Both the position numbers and the translations under genes were made by a program. The notes under the pieces were generated by a model. The model was not told the origin of the DNA, did not search any database, and saw only the letters and a program-made list of their open reading frames with translations. From Meyerozyma guilliermondii (Eukaryota): a DNA stretch of 64,000 bases. Of the stretch, positions 9,517 to 19,149 are shown one piece after another. Location: positions 930,001 through 994,000 of the forward strand of contig CP128817.1 of NCBI GenBank assembly GCA_051546255.1. The letters run 5' to 3'. How positions within the stretch are numbered: the stretch's first letter is position 1; every line of letters begins with the position of its first letter.

Positions 9517-11037
9517 ATGCTATCCACAGAAGCTTCCTTCGGACGCAGGTTTGCCCAATGCTTCTGTGCGATCTTCTGGTGTCTTCTAGCCGGGGGCCCG
9601 ATTTTCGGGTTTGCTGCCTTGAAACCAGTTTTGATTGAAGGTGGAGTTTACGAGAGTGAATGTGACGTTTCGGTCAATCCTCCATGGATGTCGTTTCTAG
9701 GTGTGCTGAAGGAGGTCCAAAGCTCCAAATCCGGTATTGTAGCAAAGTGCACAGCTCAAGATCTTCGATTAAATTTGATGTTCACGGTGGGTGCGGTTTT
9801 AACCAACGTTTCGGCTTTTGTCATTGGTCGTGTTCTCGACGTTTACGGTCCTCGCGTTTGCGGATTGGTTGGTGCAGGTTTTCTCTACTTGGCATGCTTT
9901 GTGTTTATCTTTTCCGATGCCCTTGAAGACGTTCCTTTCTTCGACCCGTACTTGATTGGCTACGGAGCGATGGCACTCGGTGGACCTTTTTCGTTTATTT
10001 CGTCATTCCAATTGTCCAATGCGTTTCCCAAAAGAAGTGGCACAGTTTTGGCGCTACTTACGGGCGCTTTCGACGCTTCCTCGGCGGTTTTCTTGATCTA
10101 TAAGCTCGCTTACGATGCCACCAACGGCGGTTTTACCATCGAAAAATTCTTTTGCATGTACTTGATGGTGCCGGTATTCATGACCCTAGCTCAAATTTTC
10201 GTCATGCCCGGCGAATCGTACAAGACAACTTCAGAAACGGGTGCCGATGATTTTGGTGCTTCCGAACCAGAGCACTCGGAAATAACTCCATTGGTGGAAC
10301 CAAACCACCCCCACAGAAGAGATTCTATCGGAGACGCCTTGAAACAGCCATACGCCAATGAAGGTGAGGAGGTTTTGGTGCAGACGTCAGGAGGAGTGTT
10401 TGGAATTTTGCATGGCTACTCTGCCGAGTTCCAGATGAAAACGCCTTGGTTTTACCTCATGTGCTGTTTTGCTACCATCCAGATGTTACGGTTGAACTAC
10501 TTTGTTGCCACAATCAACACTCAGTACACATACTTATTCCATTCAATTAGCCGTGCCGAGCTGCTCAACAGGTTTTTCGATGTTGCCTTGCCGCTCGGCG
10601 GAGTGCTTTCGATCCCGTTTGTGGGGATGTTTCTCGACCACATGTCCACTGTGGTGGTTTTGGCGTCGCTTTTGACGGTGTCTCTTGCTATTGGCGTATT
10701 GGGACTCTTTGGCTCATACATTACTGGAGTGCTCAATGTCTGTCTTTTTGTCGTTTACAGGCCATTTTTCTACACTGCCGTGTCAGATTTCTGCGCCAAG
10801 GTCTTTGGGTTCGATACCTTCGGTACTGTCTACGGAGCTATCATATGTACTTCAGGAGTGTTCAATTATCTCCAATCGTTTTTGGATAAAGTAACCCACG
10901 AGAATTTCGACATGAATCCCACTCCGGTAAATGTCATCACTATCCTTCTTACGTTTGTCATTGGCGTTGCTACCGTCGGCTACGTCAACCAGCAGGCCAA
11001 GGACTATGCCAAGAAAAAACTAAATGCTAGTACTTAG
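9517..11037 (+). CDS. FMP42: MFS transporter of the Fmp42/SLC43 (LAT3/4-like) family
   Basis: AGGPIFGFAALKPVL, LDVYGPR, FQLSNAFP, LTGAFDASS, QMLRLNYFVATI, VFGFDTFGTVYG. Likely ATG at 9517. Confidence 0.85.
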   Translation: MLSTEASFGRRFAQCFCAIFWCLLAGGPIFGFAALKPVLIEGGVYESECDVSVNPPWMSFLGVLKEVQSSKSGIVAKCTAQDLRLNLMFTVGAVLTNVSAFVIGRVLDVYGPRVCGLVGAGFLYLACFVFIFSDALEDVPFFDPYLIGYGAMALGGPFSFISSFQLSNAFPKRSGTVLALLTGAFDASSAVFLIYKLAYDATNGGFTIEKFFCMYLMVPVFMTLAQIFVMPGESYKTTSETGADDFGASEPEHSEITPLVEPNHPHRRDSIGDALKQPYANEGEEVLVQTSGGVFGILHGYSAEFQMKTPWFYLMCCFATIQMLRLNYFVATINTQYTYLFHSISRAELLNRFFDVALPLGGVLSIPFVGMFLDHMSTVVVLASLLTVSLAIGVLGLFGSYITGVLNVCLFVVYRPFFYTAVSDFCAKVFGFDTFGTVYGAIICTSGVFNYLQSFLDKVTHENFDMNPTPVNVITILLTFVIGVATVGYVNQQAKDYAKKKLNAST

Positions 11038-11290
11038 ACTGAACTTTGCTATATATATGCTCCATTACGAACGCCGCACCGCCAGATCTGTGCAGGAAAT
11101 TCATCTATTGAGATTCGACGTCGCACGAGATAAGCAATTGCACTCGATCTTTGCCCAAAACATTTGGTGGAAACAACGGCCTTTGGTAAGAGAACGGCCA
11201 CGTTTTATACTATTCCATTCGTCAGCACTCACAATCTCCAACTAAATCTACCCCAATTGTCTTTCAAGTTTCGTTTTCTTCTGTTTTTAA

Positions 11291-13096
11291 ATGGCCACCA
11301 CAAAGAGCAAGCTGGCTTCATTCACATCCAGCCCGCCGGCAGAGGACTCTGAGGGCCCTGATCTCCTATCTTTGCTAGAGAAGAGGCAATCAGAAGCATA
11401 CCACAACATTCATTTTAATGTAACGTCTGTAAATGGCGAGTTTCAGACCCGGAGTAAACGCAACTTCAACAAACGGATTTCCTTCGATACCATCAATATT
11501 TCCTATGACGACGACGACGACGAAGACGAATATGACGAAGAGTTCTTGGGAAGATACGAGTTCCTGGATCGAAATCGTGGCCGCAACAGATATAGGTCAC
11601 CATCACCTTCGCATTCTCCTCTCCATTCTCCATCCCGTCGAATGTTGTCCCCACTTGGAGATCAGCCCATGGATAGCAGTGTATTCAGGCTTCCTCCACG
11701 CACAGACTACCCTACTCGCCCCATTATTACCCACCGTGGATGCACATATACCAAAATTCACCGTCAATGGGAAGAGCTCTACCAGGGAAATTTGGAGATA
11801 GCGCCGGTTCTACCCCATAGAGTTATCTTGGTGTACATTTCCGGCCGCCAGCATACTTGGGTAGCACTAGACTGGATCTTGTCCAAGTATATTGAGCATG
11901 GAGACTCGGTTGTCATAGTTGCATCTATTCCTCGTGAATTTCCTGCGAGAAGACGGTCTACTTTCCGGTCTCCAACCCCACCACCAAATGCAAGAACACC
12001 CGTCACACGTATGAGACAGCGCCATCGTCCAGAATACGCCAAGGTGATAGCTAAGAATGTCATGAGCTACGCAATGCAGGTGATAAATCCACAAGTCATC
12101 TCAAAGGTTTCGGTGGAATTGGCCCTCGGCGGAACAAAGGAGGTTTTGAAAGAGATGTACAAGTTGTACGAGCCCAATATGGTGTCTACAGGTGCAAAGA
12201 TCAACTTAAAGTCGAGTGCACCTCTTCGTTCGTGGAATTCATCCAGACTCAGTGATAGACTTGTGAAGAATTTCCCACTTCCAGTTGTCGTTGTGCCTGC
12301 CGTTAACATGAACAAATTTGAAACTACGTTGCAAAGTAGACTCAACGAGGAAGATCATGGTGTTTCCACCGCCTCTACAACATCTGTTCTTGGGAACGAA
12401 GACAGTGATAGTGCGTCTATAAATTCCGAAGTCTCGTCCAGTACCACAAATTCCGACGAGTCGTACTCGTCTTATGATGAGATCAGCAAGATTTATGGAG
12501 ATTATCGTCAATCCATAACCAAAAAACTACAAGCACTCAAAAAGAAGGATATGGGAGATTCCTACTTTGCCAACTTTCTCACTATGATGTCCGACAAGTC
12601 TGTTGATCTCTGCAACGATATTAGAGATATTAACCCACATTTTTCCGGTCGTGGTGCCAAGCTTGCCAGGGCTATAACTGGATCTAATGCATTCGGTACA
12701 GTTCCATATAAGACAAAATCGCTACTTGAACCATCGGAAAAGGCCAAATCTCTGCAAAACTTGTCTTATAAAGAAATGATGAAAAATCTCAAGACAAATT
12801 CCCAGCCGCCGGAAATTAACGTTGAGCAACATGAAGAGGACCACACAAAAGCGCCCAAAGCTTCAGCGCTCAAATTTGTCGATCCAGAACCTCCTAGAAA
12901 GGAAAAATCATTTACTCTATTGAAGAAATCACTTTCGCACGATATGTCTGATCTGAATGTCAGACCCAAGCTTGAGCCACTCAAGTCGCATCCTGACCTC
13001 CACGCCGTGTCTTCAGGGACGGGGTCTCCTAAGGAGAACTCTGACAAGCCCAAGAAGAAGAAGAAAAGAAGTAAACTCTGGAGTCTCTTTAAGTAG
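11291..13096 (+). CDS. Uncharacterised fungal protein with a Usp-like (adenine nucleotide alpha hydrolase-like) central domain
   Basis: 601-aa ORF. VILVYISG...ALDWIL...GDSVVIV and SDRLVKNFPLPVVVVP resemble a universal stress protein fold; disordered flanks and basic C-terminus. Confidence 0.6.
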   Translation: MATTKSKLASFTSSPPAEDSEGPDLLSLLEKRQSEAYHNIHFNVTSVNGEFQTRSKRNFNKRISFDTINISYDDDDDEDEYDEEFLGRYEFLDRNRGRNRYRSPSPSHSPLHSPSRRMLSPLGDQPMDSSVFRLPPRTDYPTRPIITHRGCTYTKIHRQWEELYQGNLEIAPVLPHRVILVYISGRQHTWVALDWILSKYIEHGDSVVIVASIPREFPARRRSTFRSPTPPPNARTPVTRMRQRHRPEYAKVIAKNVMSYAMQVINPQVISKVSVELALGGTKEVLKEMYKLYEPNMVSTGAKINLKSSAPLRSWNSSRLSDRLVKNFPLPVVVVPAVNMNKFETTLQSRLNEEDHGVSTASTTSVLGNEDSDSASINSEVSSSTTNSDESYSSYDEISKIYGDYRQSITKKLQALKKKDMGDSYFANFLTMMSDKSVDLCNDIRDINPHFSGRGAKLARAITGSNAFGTVPYKTKSLLEPSEKAKSLQNLSYKEMMKNLKTNSQPPEINVEQHEEDHTKAPKASALKFVDPEPPRKEKSFTLLKKSLSHDMSDLNVRPKLEPLKSHPDLHAVSSGTGSPKENSDKPKKKKKRSKLWSLFK

Positions 13097-13158
13097 ATAT
13101 TCCTGTACATAAGCTCGAGGAAACCCCAAATGAATAATGATTTTGATGATGCTATCTG

Positions 13159-14751
13159 ATGTTTCCCGTCCTACTATTTATTATTTTTGTAAGACTATGT
13201 ACGGGATTAAAACACAGGGCTGATTCACAGGCTTTGGATTTCTCAGATGCCAATTTTTTTGATGTAGGTTTTGATTTGGACATCAATGAAGCCATCGAGC
13301 CATCGGGCCATATCGACTCCTTTCTCCAACGCGTTGATCGTGACGATAAGTCTAAGGGATTACACGAGTTTACGCCTATACAAAACACTATTGGACAGAG
13401 CCAAACCCAATATTATTCATTTAACGTCAATACTTCAAGTGGACTTGGAGAGTACTACGAATTTTTGATTTTTCTTACCGGAAATATATGTTCCCAACCA
13501 CTGAATGTCAAGGAAAACGAGACCAGTCTTGCTGTCTACTACTCGTTCAATCTGAGCATGTTTAGCAACTTTGAAATCGGACAAATGGTGCTTTATGAGA
13601 ACGGCTATTTCCAGGCCTTGGCAGACGTCCCCGTGGCTGCCAATTCAGAGAGTGATGATCTGGTGTTGTATATCGCTGTGAGAGCTCCTCAGAACACCAA
13701 TACCCTGGCAATTTGGTCATATGAGATTGGTGTGTCACAAAACGACTTGGTTTTCCAATGGGACGACAGAACATGGGCATCACTAGTCGATACGGATCCA
13801 CATTCTGCGTTGATTGTCACTGGTAATTTGACCACAAAAGAAGATTTCAATGCATCCAGCGCCAATGCAACCCACTCACGGTACTCTTTGTTCATTTACG
13901 ACTATCAGTACCGGGACCTTTTCAAGCAACTTAATAATAGTTGGTGCGCCGTTAAAAATGGACCTGCGTTGATGTCTACTTCTCAGTTCCAGCGAAGCTA
14001 TACTACTCGAGGAGGAGGGCTCCAGCAGCAGTTTTACGTCGAAGGACTAAATTCTTCAACAAAATATGTGGCTTATCTAGTATCCAATTTCGGTGGAAGC
14101 AAATTTGGTGGTGCAGTCTATCAACCTTTCACATTCGAGACTATGGACGAAGGCCCGTGCCTGCTCCTATACGACCTCGATTTCTGCGACCAGGTGGCAT
14201 ACTCGGTTCCTATGCCATACGGCCAATCGAAAGAAAAATTACGAGATACCTATGACAACTATGCCCGAGAAGTATATACCAATTTTTCCAAGGCAATGGA
14301 CCAAATCAGCTGCGAAACCACCAACGATGCCATTTTTTCGCCTGTTCGAACCTGCGATGATTGCCGTAACTCCTATAAAAACTGGCTCTGTTCAGTGATG
14401 ATTCCTCGTTGCAGTACTCGAGATATCAAAGGCTACAAGTTACGAGAAGTTAACAATTCACGCAGTGACTTTATAAACCAAGAAATTGCTCCACTGGATC
14501 CATACTTTGAAATTCTCCCTTGTGTGAATGTCTGTCAAGCCATAGTAAGAGATTGCCCTGCGGATTTTGGTTTCTTGTGTCCCACTAAGAATGGCAGCAT
14601 CAGCTTATCATATTACTGGGACGACGGTGGAGAATTTCCCACCTGTAATTATGTGGGAGATGTAATAGCCACTGTCAGTGCTGCCACCAGAGCCATTCTT
14701 AACTGGTGGATGATAATGTTGATGATTCTGGCATTGATTATAACCCTATAG
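13159..14751 (+). CDS. MID1: Mid1 subunit of the stretch-activated Cch1-Mid1 Ca2+ channel
   Basis: Signal peptide, many sequons, Cys-rich C-terminal domain (FCDQVAYSVP, CDDCRNSYKNWLC, IPRC, EILPC...RDCPADFGFLCP). Confidence 0.93.
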   Translation: MFPVLLFIIFVRLCTGLKHRADSQALDFSDANFFDVGFDLDINEAIEPSGHIDSFLQRVDRDDKSKGLHEFTPIQNTIGQSQTQYYSFNVNTSSGLGEYYEFLIFLTGNICSQPLNVKENETSLAVYYSFNLSMFSNFEIGQMVLYENGYFQALADVPVAANSESDDLVLYIAVRAPQNTNTLAIWSYEIGVSQNDLVFQWDDRTWASLVDTDPHSALIVTGNLTTKEDFNASSANATHSRYSLFIYDYQYRDLFKQLNNSWCAVKNGPALMSTSQFQRSYTTRGGGLQQQFYVEGLNSSTKYVAYLVSNFGGSKFGGAVYQPFTFETMDEGPCLLLYDLDFCDQVAYSVPMPYGQSKEKLRDTYDNYAREVYTNFSKAMDQISCETTNDAIFSPVRTCDDCRNSYKNWLCSVMIPRCSTRDIKGYKLREVNNSRSDFINQEIAPLDPYFEILPCVNVCQAIVRDCPADFGFLCPTKNGSISLSYYWDDGGEFPTCNYVGDVIATVSAATRAILNWWMIMLMILALIITL

Positions 14752-14829
14752 AAGCTATGAATACTACACGACCTGCATATGGATTTTTCAAAAGATCAAG
14801 AGTTGTAATTCAAACCGCGTCTGCTACTC

Positions 14830-15863
14830 ATGGAGAAATCAAAGGCCAATCTTCCTTGGTAAGTAGACTTTTTCACTAGTTCAAACTTTCACATACTAAT
14901 CTCAGGGTCGAGAAGTACCGTCCGCACAGCTTGGATGATGTCTATGGACAATCGGACATTGTAGAAACTGTTCGCAAGTTTGTTCACGAGGGTAAATTGC
15001 CCCATTTACTCTTTTACGGTCCTCCTGGAACAGGTAAAACTTCTACGATCATCGCATTGGCCCGTGAGATATATGGTCCCAACTACAAAAACATGGTATT
15101 GGAATTGAATGCTTCGGACGATCGAGGAATTGACGTGGTGAGAAATGAAATCAAGAACTTTGCGTCCACGATGCAGATTTTCAGCCGAGGTTTCAAATTG
15201 ATCATCTTGGATGAAGCCGACTCCATGACTGCCGTTGCACAGAACTCGCTTCGGAGAATTATTGAGAAATATACCAAGAACACCCGGTTCTGCATTCTTG
15301 CCAATTACTCTCACAAGTTGAATCCTGCTCTCATATCAAGATGCACGCGGTTCAGATTCCACCCAATATCCGAGCTGGCAATCAAAGAAAACCTTCAGCC
15401 GGTCATAGTGAAGGAACATTTATCCATACAACCAAGTGCTGTTGACGCCCTCTTGCGATTGTCGAAGGGAGACATGAGAAAGGCATTGAATGTGTTACAA
15501 GCGTGTAAGGCATCGTTGTCCAAGGATGGTGACGAGATAGACGAGACCATGATATACGATTGTCTCGGAGCACCGCAGCCTCAGGACATAGAGGGAGCTC
15601 TCGATTCCATCTTGAAAGACGAGTGGACCACTGCGTACCTCACGATAGAGAAGCTCAAGAAACAAAAAGGATTGGCACTAATTGACTTGATCAGCGGTAT
15701 AGTGGAGATACTAAACAACTACGAATTGAAACCTGCCACCAGAATTGACATTCTCAAAGGACTATCAGAGGTGGAATATGGAATTGCAAGAGGAGGTAAT
15801 GATAAGATCCAATCGAGTGCCATAGTGGGAGTCATCAAAGAAGCACTAGAAAACGAAGCATGA
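14830..15863 (+). CDS. RFC3: Replication factor C subunit 3; exons 14830-14858 and 14906-15863, 47-nt intron 14859-14905
   Basis: Splicing restores LPW-VEKYRP. Walker A GPPGTGKT, ELNASDDRGID, LDEAD, SRC motif. Intron GTAAGT...TACTAAT-CTCAG. Confidence 0.93.
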
Positions 15864-15882
15864 ATGGCTGGGTTAGTACACA

Positions 15883-15970
15883 ACAATCATCTATCTAAGG
15901 TTTTGTCTCATACACAAATCTCGAAGAGCTGGGTTTATAATAGAGCCTGAGGCTCGTTATAATCACTTTA
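15883..15970 (-). ncRNA. SNR69: Box C/D snoRNA, snR69-like (guide for 25S rRNA), intron-encoded
   Basis: Minus strand has C-like GTGATTA, 12-nt guide TAAACCCAGCTC complementary to conserved LSU rRNA GAGCUGGGUUUA, D'-like TCGA and D-like ATGA. It is flanked by GTAAGT (15981) and TACTAACCCAG (ends 15868). Confidence 0.72.
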
Positions 15971-16084
15971 TTGGTACTTACTATGAAGAGCACTGAAAAA
16001 TTCTCCGCAGAAAAATAAATAGTGGAGTCGTGCGAGGCGAAAACAAGAAGAGGAGCAGTGAAAAGAGTATATGTGGTTATTGTA

Positions 16085-16150
16085 TGGTTCATACAAGCAT
16101 TCGTACAAGCATTCATACATGTATTCATACATGTATTCATAAGGAATGCA
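16085..16150. repeat. Short tandem 12-nt repeat (ATTCATACATGT/ATTCGTACAAGC variants)
   Basis: ttcatacaagca ttcgtacaagca ttcatacatgta ttcatacatgta ttcata. Confidence 0.75.
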
Positions 16151-16435
16151 TTTAACAGACAGATTGAGCTCAACTTGTAATAATGATGTCAGACTGCTTT
16201 CTGCCATTGTTAGCTTTTTCCCAGATAACTTAGTTTCTCTTCAGACTGTACTTCCTCTAACTAAACTCCAATTCACTACTATAACCCATAACCCTATTTT
16301 TAGTCGCTGATTCCAACTTTCAATTGAACTCCAATTCATTATCATCGCAGCTGTTTCCGTTATATTCCGCGCGATCGCGGTGCGCTCGTTTTGTCCCACA
16401 TTTACATACACCTAAAGCATGCCCTTCTTATAACC

Positions 16436-18772
16436 ATGACCAACCATAATTGTACAGACTGTGGTCCAAGCCTACCGAAGCTGGAGACGAGCTCCAGTAT
16501 GTCCAGCAACAACGAATATAAACTACCAGAGATCAGTGCCGGAGAATTTTGGAACAACGACTGTGACACTGACAGCAACGATTCAGTGATCTCTTTACGA
16601 GACAACTTTTCCAGATTGGGAACCGGCAACACAGAACCTAACGACGATTTTGAAGACGACAAAGATTTCTTTGACTTTGAATATCGAAAAAATTCCTATA
16701 ATGGGTCACTCACCATATATGACCTTAAGGAACTTATACGGAACTTTGAGCCTCGAATTACACCCAAACGATACATTGGGTTTGATGGCTTTCTTCGGTT
16801 CCGTCATCATTTGGGTAAAGACTACTCGTGCTGGCCAGAATGGGCCTTTTATTTTGCCGGTTTTCTCGGCGAAACATTACCGTCTTTTGCTAGTAAAATT
16901 CGTGAAAAGTGCCCCACTATACTTCTCATGGATTACTTGACTCCCAAGTACTTGAAGACTGTACAGCATGTTTCTGCTGAAGACGCCAAGTTTCATCTTT
17001 TCCTGCCATTTTTCGAAACCATAGATAGGAAGTTTGATACTTATGCGTTCGGTTTCCTCAAGCTACTAACCCAGTTGCTATCGCAGCATGTCAAGTTGAT
17101 GGAGAGTAATCCCACCTTCATGAAAGATTTTGTTGGAGGCTTGGAAAAGTGTACTTACGAGGAGGTATTGGACGATTTGCAACGAGACATTGCCTATATG
17201 AAAGTATCAGAAGGAGACGACCAAGAGACCAAAGTATCGGAAACGAGAAAGGATCCCTTTGAAGGGATTTTCCTGTCGCTTGATTCAGATTTTATGGCTG
17301 AATTTGAGGAGAAAGCTTCTCCAGAACCTGAAAAGGACAAATCCACCAAAACGACAACCAAAGATTCTTCATTCCAACTGGAGAACTCAACAATCCTAGA
17401 AAACACAACGGTCCCGGAGATTCAGGATCCTGATCCTCAAGATTCTTTTGAAGCAATCATGAATACTTTAACTGATCTCTTTCCCACTCTTCAACATGAT
17501 GAACTCAGAGCCAGGCTACAATCATCGCAGGATATTGAGTATCTTATCGACACATTGTTTGCCGAACAAGAACGAAACCTGATAGAAGAATATTCGTTGG
17601 ACGCATATAGACTCCATGAAATGTTCCCATCACATTCTCTACAAGATCTTGAACGAGAACTAAATGCCAATGACGGCAACATTGAAAACGCGACAATAGC
17701 TATACTTCTGAACAGATGGGAACACAAGGCGCCAAGCAGACCGGTGCCAAAGAAAGAACCGAAAAAACCAACGAATTCATCATGGTCTACGTTCAGTGAT
17801 TTTTCCGCTCAATTGAGTAAAATAACCGGTCTTCCTGTAACACACACTTCATCGTACCTCCATCGAAGCCAAGGAACGTTTATCAATGCGTTGATCGCGA
17901 TTATCACGACGCATAAGGCACCAGAACCACAACCAACAAATGATAAACCACCTCGCGGAGGAAGAGTACAACGAGGTGGAGCAAAGGGAGGGTCTAGACG
18001 AGGAAATGGAAGCTCTGAAAAGGTATTCACATATAAATTCAATCCCAACAGTTCCGAAGCACAAGAATTACGAGCACTTTACTTGTCCAATCCGCAGATG
18101 AAAACGATCAATGAGGTGTTTGTGAATACAGCATTGACATTTTTTAGGGGCAATGTCGATCGAACAATTGAGGTGATTATGCTCGTTCTCGACCACGGCG
18201 CGGCCCCGCTCACCTACCCCAACTCGATGGAACCTGCCACAAATGCACAAAAAACTGTTGTGTCCACAAACCCAGTTATAGACTTGTCGAGTCAATCTTC
18301 AGAAAAGTACCGTGCAATGTACAACGTTCTCAGACAAAGAATCACCAACCAAACGTCAACTGGTACCAAGGACCACTACCGTGAAGTCCTCAAGGAATCT
18401 CGGCGCCAATTTTGGCAATCGATTGCGTCGGAAGAGGAAGATCGAAAGCAGCGAGCTATCGATGCCGCTTTCAATTCGCTGAGTCTAGATCTCCACGGAC
18501 TTCTGGTTCCTTCCGCTCTTGAAGCTGCGCGCGAAGTACTCGGTGCCTGGTGGGCATACGAGACCGAACAGAGGCACACTCATGGACAATTGTCCAAATT
18601 CGGAGTGTCTACGGTGTTTGCTGGGCCATTACGAGTTATCACCGGACGAGGAATCCATTCAAAAAATGGAGTTTCTCAGGTGAAAATCCAAGTCCGGAAG
18701 CTCTTGGATCTGGAGAGGTACGCCTACGATGACGACGGGGGTAGTTATGCGGTTTATGGTAAACGAAAGTAA
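16436..18772 (+). CDS. CUE2: CUE- and SMR-domain protein (Cue2-like no-go-decay endonuclease) with a long N-terminal extension
   Basis: Two CUE-like motifs (LTDLFP, LHEMFP) and a C-terminal SMR domain LDLHGL...LRVITGRGIHS. First ATG is at 16436. Confidence 0.75.
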   Translation: MTNHNCTDCGPSLPKLETSSSMSSNNEYKLPEISAGEFWNNDCDTDSNDSVISLRDNFSRLGTGNTEPNDDFEDDKDFFDFEYRKNSYNGSLTIYDLKELIRNFEPRITPKRYIGFDGFLRFRHHLGKDYSCWPEWAFYFAGFLGETLPSFASKIREKCPTILLMDYLTPKYLKTVQHVSAEDAKFHLFLPFFETIDRKFDTYAFGFLKLLTQLLSQHVKLMESNPTFMKDFVGGLEKCTYEEVLDDLQRDIAYMKVSEGDDQETKVSETRKDPFEGIFLSLDSDFMAEFEEKASPEPEKDKSTKTTTKDSSFQLENSTILENTTVPEIQDPDPQDSFEAIMNTLTDLFPTLQHDELRARLQSSQDIEYLIDTLFAEQERNLIEEYSLDAYRLHEMFPSHSLQDLERELNANDGNIENATIAILLNRWEHKAPSRPVPKKEPKKPTNSSWSTFSDFSAQLSKITGLPVTHTSSYLHRSQGTFINALIAIITTHKAPEPQPTNDKPPRGGRVQRGGAKGGSRRGNGSSEKVFTYKFNPNSSEAQELRALYLSNPQMKTINEVFVNTALTFFRGNVDRTIEVIMLVLDHGAAPLTYPNSMEPATNAQKTVVSTNPVIDLSSQSSEKYRAMYNVLRQRITNQTSTGTKDHYREVLKESRRQFWQSIASEEEDRKQRAIDAAFNSLSLDLHGLLVPSALEAAREVLGAWWAYETEQRHTHGQLSKFGVSTVFAGPLRVITGRGIHSKNGVSQVKIQVRKLLDLERYAYDDDGGSYAVYGKRK

Positions 18773-19149
18773 TACAAGTTGCATTACCCTAATTTTGCAG
18801 TTGCCTGTGCAGGAACCGAGCCGCCCACGATATGGCGAGGTGAATCCCATGCGGCGCCGGGTAACCCCCATTGTTTTCAAGTAAATCCCCCAATGAGGAA
18901 TAATTCGAAGCGAGATCGTTAAACTAACGATCACAGTTAATCGGTCGAAATTCGACGTCCTTTCTTTTCGGCGCTAATATCAGCTTTTATTCCCCCGGCT
19001 TCACATTTCTGATTGTTCTGGATCCATTTCAACGATAAAAATTCACATTACCGATTCCTCGAGTATTTTGATCTGGGGTTAAATTAATAGAAGAAACTCG
19101 ATTGTCGATAAATTTGACATCACCCACCATAAACTTATAAAAATTCAAT

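Noticed and set aside
15895..16207. Small minus-strand ORFs (92 and 79 aa)
   Set aside because: Derived from the 12-nt tandem repeat and overlapping the snoRNA intron; no protein-like features.
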